Assembly: GCA_965208645.1 (NCBI GenBank)
Contig: OZ242350.1
Location: forward strand, 2,535,475 to 2,599,474
DNA: 64,000 nucleotides
Direction: 5' to 3'
From: Dehalococcoidia bacterium
GTDB lineage: Bacteria > Chloroflexota > Dehalococcoidia > Lucifugimonadales > Lucifugimonadaceae
The stretch's first letter is position 1; the number at the start of each line of letters is the position of its first letter. Position numbers and translations under genes: made by a program. The notes under the pieces are model-generated. The model saw only the letters and a program-made list of their open reading frames with translations, did no database searches and had not been told where the DNA came from. Positions 1 to 7,760 of the stretch are shown here, one piece after another.

Positions 1-423
1 TGACATGCGATCCTCCCAAGACCCCGCCGTGTGACAGAAACCGACTTTATCCGACCACCTTCCGAGTTCGGCATACGACCATCTTTCCCTGTCATACAAA
101 TACCCAAGAGCGCTAATATCGTACCCATTGCTCTTCGTCACGCTCTTGGGGGACTTGGGGATGAGAAGCACTTCGTGGTCGGTGCCGCTCACTGCATCTT
201 CATATCTCGGCAATTCTTGGAACTCTTTAACCTTGTCAAATTCAAGCGCACCTTTACATTCGACCAACACAACCGTTTTTCCTTTGAGGATGAAATCAGG
301 GTACCATCCGCCGTAGGTTTTCTGGGGTCTTTCCCATTCCCATCTATACTTGTCGAAGAGTGCCGAGCAAATTGCTTCATGCTCCGTATCGAACTCGCGC
401 TTCTTAAATTTCACCTTTTCCAT
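1..423 (-). CDS. partial CDS running off the left edge: PD-(D/E)xK nuclease, phage T7 endonuclease I / junction-resolvase-like
   Basis: I translated the minus strand from the ATG at 423: MEKVKFKKREFDTEHEAICSALFDKYRWEWERPQKTYGGWYPDFILKGKTVVLVECKGALEF... It stays open to position 1 (141 codons, no stop), so it is absent from the supplied track. The motif YPDF-x11-VECKG fits the D...ExK nuclease core. The opposite-strand track ORF 31..477 shows no recognisable features. Confidence 0.55.
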   Translation of the reverse strand, partial: MEKVKFKKREFDTEHEAICSALFDKYRWEWERPQKTYGGWYPDFILKGKTVVLVECKGALEFDKVKEFQELPRYEDAVSGTDHEVLLIPKSPKSVTKSNGYDISALGYLYDRERWSYAELGRWSDKVGFCHTAGSWEDRMS

Positions 424-497
424 GTCGCTCCTTCAGTGAATACTTTAATCACATGGCGAGAACAAAACCCAGTCTGAGAGTTCTCGATTTGATCGAG

Positions 498-579
498 TCT
501 GGTGGGGGAGGCGGGATTCGAACCCGCACGGCCTAAGCCACATGCTCCTAAGGCATGCGCGTCTACCATTCCGCCACTC
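498..579. repeat. 82-bp exact direct repeat, copy 1 (identical to 2599..2680); candidate att-type island boundary
   Basis: Base-by-base comparison with 2599..2680 (offset 2101) shows no mismatch. Identity breaks at 497/2598 and at 580/2681. Confidence 0.9.
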
Positions 580-583
580 GCCA
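500..583 (-). pseudogene. tRNA-Leu(UAG) remnant with a decayed 5' acceptor strand
   Basis: The 3' 80 nt are identical to the intact tRNA at 2601..2684. The 5' acceptor strand reads TGGCGAG instead of GGGGGAG, which gives 1-72 (T.C) and 4-69 (C.C) mismatches. Confidence 0.7.
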
Positions 584-672
584 ATGTCTAATAGTACTGC
601 CCGTCGGACATTCGCAGTCGTTCATCGCTCCTTGACGATGAGGCAGTCAATTGGTTTCCGAGTTTATGCGTT

Positions 673-1254
673 TTACGCACCGGGAGTGGTCTTTACTTCG
701 CCAGCATCGGCGAAACGGACTAGCTCATCGACAGCATTACACAGGCGACGGAACGACCTCGAGGCATGGAACGCCGCATCGATATCCATCGTCGCCGAAA
801 ACCGTACTTGGTCTTTCGTTTCCTTATACGTCAACCCCGATGCAACTCTACGGTTGAGCCATTGCTTTGCCCCGTTGTACTCCTCAGCGTCGCCGTTAAA
901 GTCTTTGTCAGATGCGAGAAACCAACTCTCGTACTCACGCTTGGCGCAAACTACGACTGTAGGAACGCCGACCGTGGTGGCACGAGCCCTATCCGCCAAT
1001 TCGATCCCCAACTCCTTTGGGCAATCGGCATCCGCGTCTACTAGCACAAGAATCGCTGCACAACCATCGGTGATCGTTGCGTACCCCAAAAAGTCTTCAA
1101 GTCGTCTGACGATTCCTCCCTTGCCTTTCGCCATTTTGGGTCGCAACACACCGATGTCGTAGCGATCGCTTCGTTCGTGGAGAATTCGCCGCAACAAAAC
1201 TGGCACCGCCGCCACATCGCCCGGACCTTCCACGATTGGCACGATAAACCGCAT
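673..1254 (-). CDS. DUF4276-like (Toprim-like) small protein
   Basis: Track ORF 673..1266, with the start trimmed to the ATG at 1254. The N-terminus is MRFIVPIVEGPGDVAAVPVLLRRIL (xVEGxxD/E motif) and there is an acidic LVLVDADADCP (DxD) motif. It begins about 9 nt downstream of the ATPase stop, or overlaps it by 4 nt if the TTG at 1266 is used. Confidence 0.65.
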   Translation of the reverse strand: MRFIVPIVEGPGDVAAVPVLLRRILHERSDRYDIGVLRPKMAKGKGGIVRRLEDFLGYATITDGCAAILVLVDADADCPKELGIELADRARATTVGVPTVVVCAKREYESWFLASDKDFNGDAEEYNGAKQWLNRRVASGLTYKETKDQVRFSATMDIDAAFHASRSFRRLCNAVDELVRFADAGEVKTTPGA

Positions 1255-1262
1255 CGAGGGTG

Positions 1263-2522
1263 TCAACTGCGCGGTACCAAACCTTCCATGCTGTGCAGTT
1301 CACCGCTAGTAAAAAGACCGTTCATCACCGCTTTCGCTTGTGCCTGCGAAACAGGCCCGACCTCAGTGCATCCGTCCCGCATCTCAACCGCTCTCAAAGA
1401 TTCGATCGGCAGTCGGTCGATGAGGTCAGGGCTGTGCGTAGTAGCCACTACCTGTGTTCGACTTGATGCTTCGACCATTACATCGGCAAGTACCGCGAGC
1501 GCACCGGGGTGTATCGTTAGCTCTGGCTCCTCAACTCCAACCAATGAATTGGGCACGTCTTGGTAAAAGGCCGTCAGTAACCCTAATAGGCGCACCGTGC
1601 CGTCAGATTCTTGAGTCAGATCGAACAGTGAGCCCGTACCGCCGTCTTCACCGACTTCGTGCCGCAACTTGACAACCAAGTATCCACCCGACTGGTCTAC
1701 GCGCAAGTCGTTTAATCCCGGCACGATTTGGTTCAGGCTATTTTTTATCTCTCCAAGGTATGGCGAATCCAACTTGACCATCTCGCTTAAGACTGACCCC
1801 AGGTTTTGCCCGTCCTCAACTAAGAGATGCGGGTTCATCAACTTTCGCGGTTCACGCATCGCGTCGGGAAACAGTCGGTAAAACTGCATCCCTCTCACGA
1901 ATTTCATAGCTTCGTCAACATCGCTTCCGATACCGCGGCCCATCAAATGCTGCGAACTGCGATTTTGCTCTATGGGACGGAAAAGGAAAAGCGCCCAAAA
2001 TGGCATTGCAAGTTCAGAATCGTCGAACACGTAATCGTTGAACAGATCGCCGTACAGATTATCGCGGAACCCTTTAGGTGTGACTGCAATGCCGCCTTTA
2101 ATCTCGAACTCAATCGGTTCCCAATTACTCGCGGCAGTTACTAGGGTACCGTGTTCCCTTTCTACGCGATAAACACCTTCCTGACTACTGATCTCGAACT
2201 CGTACCGCATCTCGAATTCGTCTTTGGCTACTTCGAAACCAACCTCGACGTTGCTGTGACAGCGCTGAGGATTCGTCATTCTGACCGCGTCAATCCCATG
2301 TCGAGAAGTCACAGCCGAATCGAGATTTCTATCGAGTGCGTCTTTGATGAAACGCAGGACGTCTAGCACGTTGCTCTTGCCGGACGCGTTCGGTCCAACA
2401 AGCACCGTCAACGGACCAAGTTCAAGGTCTAGGCTACGAATGCTCTTGAAGTTTCGAGCCCAGATCCTCGTCAAACGAAAATCTGATTTGTTTCGATTCG
2501 TCTGGTTTTGCATCGCACTCAT
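1263..2522 (-). CDS. ABC/SMC-type AAA ATPase (AAA_15/AAA_21-like)
   Basis: 419 aa. Walker A is GPNASGKSN near the N-terminus. The C-terminal VGVEEPELTIHP (Walker B) and ATTHSPDLI (H-loop) are typical of OLD/abortive-infection-type ATPases. Confidence 0.8.
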   Translation of the reverse strand: MSAMQNQTNRNKSDFRLTRIWARNFKSIRSLDLELGPLTVLVGPNASGKSNVLDVLRFIKDALDRNLDSAVTSRHGIDAVRMTNPQRCHSNVEVGFEVAKDEFEMRYEFEISSQEGVYRVEREHGTLVTAASNWEPIEFEIKGGIAVTPKGFRDNLYGDLFNDYVFDDSELAMPFWALFLFRPIEQNRSSQHLMGRGIGSDVDEAMKFVRGMQFYRLFPDAMREPRKLMNPHLLVEDGQNLGSVLSEMVKLDSPYLGEIKNSLNQIVPGLNDLRVDQSGGYLVVKLRHEVGEDGGTGSLFDLTQESDGTVRLLGLLTAFYQDVPNSLVGVEEPELTIHPGALAVLADVMVEASSRTQVVATTHSPDLIDRLPIESLRAVEMRDGCTEVGPVSQAQAKAVMNGLFTSGELHSMEGLVPRS

Positions 2523-2598
2523 CCCATCACAATCCTATCTTTTCGGTTCCTCTACGATTCGAACTTCAAGACGAAGGAACCGATGCAATTTCCCACTC

Positions 2599-2680
2599 TC
2601 TGGTGGGGGAGGCGGGATTCGAACCCGCACGGCCTAAGCCACATGCTCCTAAGGCATGCGCGTCTACCATTCCGCCACTC
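2599..2680. repeat. 82-bp exact direct repeat, copy 2
   Basis: Identical to 498..579. Confidence 0.9.
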
Positions 2681-2684
2681 CCCC
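2601..2684 (-). tRNA. tRNA-Leu (anticodon UAG), class II, CCA encoded
   Basis: Manual cloverleaf. Acceptor GGGGGAG/CTCCCCC, A73 and CCA. D arm GCG-GAATGGTAGA-CGC. Anticodon arm CATGC-CTTAGGA-GCATG. Long variable arm TGGCTTAGGCCGT. T arm GCGGG-TTCGAAT-CCCGC. Confidence 0.9.
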
Positions 2685-2715
2685 GCAACTTCAATGGTAC
2701 TTGCCACCCCCACTC

Positions 2716-2765
2716 CTCTGGACTCCGGCTTTCCCCGGAGTGACGGTCTTTCGCCGGAATGACGG
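2716..2765. repeat. palindromic repeat family A (GTCATTCC-GGCGAAAGCCGG-AATCCAG type), two adjacent units, reverse orientation
   Basis: The reverse complement reads GTCATTCCGGCGAAAGACC + GTCACTCCGGGGAAAGCCGGAGTCCAG. The same family recurs at more than 10 sites in the window. Confidence 0.8.
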
Positions 2766-2803
2766 TGGTTATGTACAGTTCCCACAGTGGATGTCTGGTC
2801 GGT

Positions 2804-2849
2804 GTCTAAACCCCCTTCAATTCCCCCTTGGGCATCAAGGGGGAGGGTT
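2804..2849. repeat. 46-bp repeat family E (contains hairpin CCCCCTTG-GGCAT-CAAGGGGG)
   Basis: It matches 30535..30580 with one mismatch. Both copies lie just downstream of a family A unit. Confidence 0.85.
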
Positions 2850-4470
2850 ATGTGATGTTCGACATCTGCCAAGCGTCCAGCGACTTCAATACGGCGTCGG
2901 TCCCCTGCGCTCGCAGCGAAACTCCCACACTATCCTCCCGTCCCGGATACACCCGAGCGGCGATGCATTGCTGGTCGTTCACGAACATCTCGACAATGCT
3001 CTTGTCGATGTAGACGCGGAGGCGCAACGGCTCGTCGTCTCCGAGCACGATCGGCGCCGTCTCCGGCGGTCGCGAGAGCGCGTCGGGGAGCGTGGACGAA
3101 TACGACGTATCGAGCGACACGATGCTCTGCATGACGGGCACCTTTCTCGGTGCGCCGAACTTCGGCACTGCCGGTGCGCCGCTCGCCAGCAATGCTCCGC
3201 TCTTGGGCAGGTCGCGGTGCATCCGGAAGCCGCGCTCTTTGAAGAACGATATGCGGGTGTACTCCTCGCGGTTCGGCGACCGCAACACGTTCAGTTCTAC
3301 CATCGGCGAGTCTTTGGCGTCGACCTCCAACACCAGCTCCATCGCGTTGCCCGATACATCGTCCAGCACCAGCTCCTCGTTCGCCGGCAACACCGTCTCC
3401 CCTAGTGAAGTGTGCTCACCGCGCAGCGACTCGACATCGCCCGCTGGTTCGATCTTCAACTCATCTTCGTAATCGCCGAGCGTTACCCGACGTGGCAACG
3501 ACATGATCTGGTTCCAGCCTTCGGACGGGTAGCCGGGGTTCATGTTGTGGATGATGATCACGCCGCCCTCGCCGTCGGGCGTCGCCGATGGTGCGTGGAC
3601 GCCTGACGGTGTCGACGCGCCGAAGTTGAACAGCCCGGCGCTGGTCACGACGAACTTGTCGCGCTCCATGTCGTAGTCGCCGAGGAGATACTGGCCGCCG
3701 CTCATGTGGCTGAAGAACGGGAGTATCCACCTGTCCCCTATCGGCCAAAAATACGGACATGCCCCGTCGTCGCCGACCAGCGTGAACCGGTCGTCCTCGG
3801 TAAACGGATGCAGGTACTCCCACGTCGCAAGATCCTTCGAGCGGAAGAGAAAATCGGCGGCGATCCGCTTCCCACCCGGACCGTCGGGCAACATTCCCGC
3901 TGAAAGCGAATAGTAGTAGTCACCCTTCTTCCAGATGCACGGGTCGAAGACCGTGTATTCCTGCGGCGAGCCGTCCTGCGGGGGCGTCGGTATAACCGCC
4001 TGCCCCGTCACCTTCTCCCAGTTCAGCAGCAATGGATCGCTCGAAGTTGCCACCATGTTACCCACCTGCGTCCCGTGATACATCGCAATCACCCGGTCAT
4101 CCTCTACCAACGTCGCACCCGAAAAACAGCACTCCTCAGGGTCGGGGTAGATCGCATACGGCAAATCCCGCCAATGGATCAAATCGTCGCTGATCGCATG
4201 ACCCCAGTGCACCCGCGGGTCTTCCGGCGGATACCCCTGATAGAAAAGGTGCCACCTGCCCTGCCAGAAGCACAACCCGTTCGGGTCGTTCAACGTGTTC
4301 TCGGGATTGACGTAGTGGTAAATCGGCCGATGTGGATCCCCCGCCTTCGCATTTCGGGAGGCGATCATGCGTTGGAGCAAGGGGTTTTCCTTCAACTGCG
4401 CCTCCTGCTCCTCCAACGTCTCCGCCCACGTGTAATGCGGCGCCAGGGATTTATATTCGCTCTCGGTCAT
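2848..4470 (-). CDS. glycoside hydrolase family 32 (beta-fructofuranosidase / levanase-like)
   Basis: HYVNPENTLNDPNGLCFWQGRWHLFYQ carries the GH32 NDPNG catalytic motif. The start is trimmed to the ATG at 4470 (MTESEYK...) because the track N-terminal extension is translated repeat (IPASAGMT). Confidence 0.85.
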   Translation of the reverse strand: MTESEYKSLAPHYTWAETLEEQEAQLKENPLLQRMIASRNAKAGDPHRPIYHYVNPENTLNDPNGLCFWQGRWHLFYQGYPPEDPRVHWGHAISDDLIHWRDLPYAIYPDPEECCFSGATLVEDDRVIAMYHGTQVGNMVATSSDPLLLNWEKVTGQAVIPTPPQDGSPQEYTVFDPCIWKKGDYYYSLSAGMLPDGPGGKRIAADFLFRSKDLATWEYLHPFTEDDRFTLVGDDGACPYFWPIGDRWILPFFSHMSGGQYLLGDYDMERDKFVVTSAGLFNFGASTPSGVHAPSATPDGEGGVIIIHNMNPGYPSEGWNQIMSLPRRVTLGDYEDELKIEPAGDVESLRGEHTSLGETVLPANEELVLDDVSGNAMELVLEVDAKDSPMVELNVLRSPNREEYTRISFFKERGFRMHRDLPKSGALLASGAPAVPKFGAPRKVPVMQSIVSLDTSYSSTLPDALSRPPETAPIVLGDDEPLRLRVYIDKSIVEMFVNDQQCIAARVYPGREDSVGVSLRAQGTDAVLKSLDAWQMSNIT

Positions 4471-4504
4471 GGTTGTTCCTTGGTGGGTGTTATTGCAAGA
4501 TGTC

Positions 4505-4533
4505 GTCATTCCCGCGCTGGCGGGAATCCAGGG
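4505..4533. repeat. palindromic repeat family A unit (GTCATTCCCGCGCTGGCGGGAATCCAGGG)
   Basis: Read directly from the sequence. It lies in the divergent intergenic region between the GH32 and gluconolactonase genes. Confidence 0.8.
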
Positions 4534-4629
4534 TGGGATGCATGACGGGTGTTTCGGTTCAACGTGCAACAACGATAATATCCACTGTGAACTAAGCGGA
4601 ACGCAACTCTGTTGCACGAGGAGAACCAA

Positions 4630-5535
4630 ATGTCAGACATGCAGATCGAGATGATTGTTGACGAACAAGCCCTGGTCGGCGAGGGTCCGGTTTGGGAACC
4701 CAAGACCTCGGTCCTCTACTGGACCGACATCCGCGGCGGACGGTATTTCAAATACGATCCTGCAACCAATGTGAACGTGACGATCCACAACGGCATCTTC
4801 GTCGGCGGTGCGGCCGTCAACAAGAACGGCGGCCTGACGTTCGGGACGTGGGAAGGCGTCATGCTTTGGCGCTCCGACTCCGACTGGCAGTGGTTGCACC
4901 ACGAGCCGGAGATGCGGGAGCGGATGCAGTTCAACGATGTCACCGCCGGGCCTGACGGCAGCTTCTACGCCGGCAGCTATTTCGAGGACGCGCCCCGCGG
5001 CGAACTCCTCCGTTTCAATCCCGACGGCTCCCACGAACTCATCGCCGACGGACTCGGCATTAGCAACGGAATGGGCTTCTCACCCGATCTCACCGTCTTC
5101 TACCACACCGATTCGCTGGCGGGCGAGATTTACGCCTACGACTACCACGCCGCAACGTCGGAACTCACGAACCGTCGCATTTTGGTGAAGTTGGATCCGA
5201 GTGAAGGCATTCCGGACGGTATGACGGTCGACGGCGAGGGCAACATCTGGTCGGCCACTTGGGGCGGCGCTCAAATTATCCAGTTCGATCCCGACGGCAC
5301 CGAGATGAGTCGCATTAAGTTCCCGGCCGTTCAGACCTCGGCAGTAATGTTCGGCGGCGCTGGTCTCACTGACATCTACGTCACAACCGCCACATTCGGC
5401 ACCGGAGACCCGATCACCGACAACGATCCGCCCGCGTACCACTCAATCTCAAACCGCGGCGGTCAGCTATACCGCGTTCGGCAGGACAAGGTCCAAGGCA
5501 AAGCAGAATTCGAGACCGACTTTCACTGGGAGTGA
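4630..5535 (+). CDS. SMP-30/gluconolactonase/LRE family protein
   Basis: LVGEGPVWEPKTSVLYWTDIRGGRYFKYDP is a typical N-terminus, and beta-propeller-like repeats follow. An AGGAG lies about 8 nt upstream of the ATG at 4630. Confidence 0.8.
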   Translation: MSDMQIEMIVDEQALVGEGPVWEPKTSVLYWTDIRGGRYFKYDPATNVNVTIHNGIFVGGAAVNKNGGLTFGTWEGVMLWRSDSDWQWLHHEPEMRERMQFNDVTAGPDGSFYAGSYFEDAPRGELLRFNPDGSHELIADGLGISNGMGFSPDLTVFYHTDSLAGEIYAYDYHAATSELTNRRILVKLDPSEGIPDGMTVDGEGNIWSATWGGAQIIQFDPDGTEMSRIKFPAVQTSAVMFGGAGLTDIYVTTATFGTGDPITDNDPPAYHSISNRGGQLYRVRQDKVQGKAEFETDFHWE

Positions 5536-5557
5536 ATGTAAGAGCGGAGTTCGTCGA

Positions 5558-5947
5558 TCAATCGACCGATGCTAGGCGGCGCACCAGCTGATCAACGTCG
5601 TCCAAACCCACAGCCACGGCATCAGCTTCCAACCAATTCTCGTAAAAGTTGACGTGTAGACCGCTGGCGGTGAGGAACCAGCGATGGATGTCATCATCTT
5701 CGGATTCTGCCGCCAACTGACCAGCGGCTCGGAACAAGGCCGCATGGTTGCGGTGCTGCCAACCGCGAACATCCGCGATGGCCTTGACTGCCTGAGCAGC
5801 CGCGCCCCAACCCTTTTCCGACGCCTGCCGGGCATCGCCAGCAGCGAGCTCGGTTCGCGCCTGCTCCAACAGAGCAGCGGCGGAACTACGGTATGTGGAT
5901 TGGGTCGTCATCGGAATTCTCAATGCGGAACTGATCGGCAACGCCAT
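5558..5947 (-). CDS. PaREP1-like (HEPN-superfamily-like) small helical protein
   Basis: The core GDARQASEKGWGAAAQAVKAIADVRGWQHRNHAALF...LHVNFYENWLE is clearly homologous to ORF 35037..35396. The start is uncertain; an alternative ATG lies at 5911. Confidence 0.55.
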   Translation of the reverse strand: MALPISSALRIPMTTQSTYRSSAAALLEQARTELAAGDARQASEKGWGAAAQAVKAIADVRGWQHRNHAALFRAAGQLAAESEDDDIHRWFLTASGLHVNFYENWLEADAVAVGLDDVDQLVRRLASVD

Positions 5948-6015
5948 TTTATCAGGGACACTGCCAAGTCCTTCTGAAAGCAGCGTAGGTGGGTGAATAA
6001 TCTAAGACGCCTGCC

Positions 6016-6594
6016 CTACCCCCGCCGGTTCTCATCAAATCCCAGATGAGCGCGTGACGCCGTAGGCTCTGTCTGCCCCTGATACCGACTCCGCAAAGCC
6101 TCGGACCCGTATGGATTCTCCGCTGGTGTCGAGAGATATTGGAAAGAGATCTGCCCTATCGGCATTCCTTTGTATAGCGTCAGGGGCAACCGCGAAACGT
6201 TCGACAGCTCCAGCGTCAAATGTCCGTCCCATCCAGGGTCCACGAACCCGGCTGTAGAGTGGATGAGCAATCCGATGCGACCAAGCGAGCTTTTGCCTTC
6301 CAACCGCGCTACAACCGAGTCGCTGAGACTGATCCGTTCAAGGGTATTTCCCAAAACAAACTCGCCGGGATGAAGAATAAACGGCTCGTCGTCCTCAATC
6401 AATACCATCTCGTTCAGATTCGGTACGTCCTCCCGGAGGTCAACGTAAGGTGCGGTCGAGTTGCGAAATACTAGTACTTTGTCGTCCAGATGAAGGTCAA
6501 CGGAGGCCGGTTGGACATCCGTCGAATTGAACGGGGTAATTCCGATGTGCCCGGAAGCGATCTCATCCCGTATGCTCTTGTCGCTCAATACCAT
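6016..6594 (-). CDS. dcd: dCTP deaminase
   Basis: MVLSDKSIRDEI...VQPASVDLHL...LEGKSSLGRIGLLIHSTAGFVDPGWDGHLTLEL are canonical Dcd motifs. The start is trimmed from the track ORF (6864) to the ATG at 6594. Confidence 0.9.
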   Translation of the reverse strand: MVLSDKSIRDEIASGHIGITPFNSTDVQPASVDLHLDDKVLVFRNSTAPYVDLREDVPNLNEMVLIEDDEPFILHPGEFVLGNTLERISLSDSVVARLEGKSSLGRIGLLIHSTAGFVDPGWDGHLTLELSNVSRLPLTLYKGMPIGQISFQYLSTPAENPYGSEALRSRYQGQTEPTASRAHLGFDENRRG

Positions 6595-6670
6595 TTCACT
6601 AACCAAAGCACGCCCCACAGTCCTTGCCGTGGAGCGTGCGTTATCGGATTCTAACTTAGCGATTCTTGGA

Positions 6671-7630
6671 CTATTCGGTATCCCCGTCGGCGTTCTTGTC
6701 GACGCAACCCGACTGAGCAATCGCGAACTTCGCCGTGATGCTCGCACGGACCTCGACATCGCCTGCGCTGATGGGTGTGCTCGGGCCATCAAATGCGGCC
6801 GATTCTGCCCTCGCAAATTGAACGTTGTCGAACACCGGAGTGGAAGCGACCACTTCGCTGGCACTCAGCAACATGCCAACTTCAACACCGAACGCGTCGG
6901 CATATAGTTCTGCGCGATGCAACGCGTCTTGGACAGCCAGATTACGCGCCTCGTCGACCGTTTCAGACGATTGATCTGCCCGGAACGAGATTGAATCGAT
7001 CCGAACGTTGTCGCCAGCGGCGGTAGCCGCGACATCGATCACCGCACTGAGAATGTCCGCATTCTTGTCTTCCGACGTGTCGGATGCGCCTACCTCGATG
7101 CCGTCATCAGACGTCTCGGCGACGTCGATCTCGATGCGAACTCGGTTTGACACGCGGTATCCGGTGATGACTTGACGGCTCCTGCGTCCGGTGAGTCCCT
7201 CGCCCACTTGGACATCTTCCTCAACCCAAGTAGTCTCGGGCCGGATATTCAATCGCGTCGTCGTGATTTGATCGTCTGTGACGCCCTGCTCCTTGACCGC
7301 ATCGATGACAAGTTGCATCGAAGATGCCGCCGTGCTGCGAGCTTCGACCACCGTTTCAGCGGTCACATCGACGCCCAGCTCGACGACGCCGATATTTGCG
7401 GGTAGCGTAACGACGCCGGATCCCTGAACCGTGATTCCATCGGTCCGGTAATCGCAGTACGTCACCTTGCTGTTTTCCTGTTCAGATAAACGAGCAACGA
7501 AACTGCTCAACGGTTCGGGCGTGGGCGTCGCGGGGTCTTGGGCACTCAAGCTGAGCACCGATACTGTCGAACCGACAACGGCCAAAGTTGCCACGATCGC
7601 GATGGCGATGTGTTTCCTCATTTTCAACAT
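6671..7630 (-). CDS. SIMPL/DUF541 domain secreted protein
   Basis: A signal-like MLKMRKHIAIAIVATLAVVGS is followed by SIMPL-like VELGVDVTAETVVEARSTAASSMQLVIDAVKEQGV...ITTTRLNIRPE. It lies downstream of the sigma/anti-sigma pair. Confidence 0.7.
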   Translation of the reverse strand: MLKMRKHIAIAIVATLAVVGSTVSVLSLSAQDPATPTPEPLSSFVARLSEQENSKVTYCDYRTDGITVQGSGVVTLPANIGVVELGVDVTAETVVEARSTAASSMQLVIDAVKEQGVTDDQITTTRLNIRPETTWVEEDVQVGEGLTGRRSRQVITGYRVSNRVRIEIDVAETSDDGIEVGASDTSEDKNADILSAVIDVAATAAGDNVRIDSISFRADQSSETVDEARNLAVQDALHRAELYADAFGVEVGMLLSASEVVASTPVFDNVQFARAESAAFDGPSTPISAGDVEVRASITAKFAIAQSGCVDKNADGDTE

Positions 7631-7760
7631 GTTGATGTTTCCTCTCCAATTAACTGGTTCGTGAATGCCAATCAAATTGGCTTCTGTAAACAAAGACGAA
7701 CCACGACTTTACTTTGTTCCATGCCAACCCTTGATTATCGTCAACGAAGCGTTCGAGGTG

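Larger units (their letters stand above)
580..2598. mobile_element. putative 2.0-kb tRNA-Leu-associated mini-island (two-gene cargo, no integrase seen)
   Basis: The segment is bracketed by the 82-bp direct repeats. The intact tRNA has its 3' end facing the segment and the partial copy lies at the distal end. The cargo is an ATPase plus a Toprim-like pair. Confidence 0.4.

Noticed and set aside
31-477. Track ORF (148 aa, + strand) at the left edge
   Set aside because: It has no recognisable motifs. The opposite strand carries an uninterrupted 141-codon frame with a clear PD-(D/E)xK nuclease motif, so the + strand ORF is treated as a shadow.
500-583. First tRNA-Leu copy as a second functional tRNA gene
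   Set aside because: The 5' acceptor strand (TGGCGAG) cannot pair at positions 1-72 and 4-69. I interpret it as the displaced partial copy of an integration or duplication event.
6595-6864. N-terminal extensions of track ORFs (dcd 6016-6864; also GH32 to 4629, AriA-like from 36537, permease to 23415, MTase to 17647)
   Set aside because: The extensions are Arg/Ser-rich or repeat-derived. Conserved family N-termini begin at internal Met codons, so the starts were trimmed.
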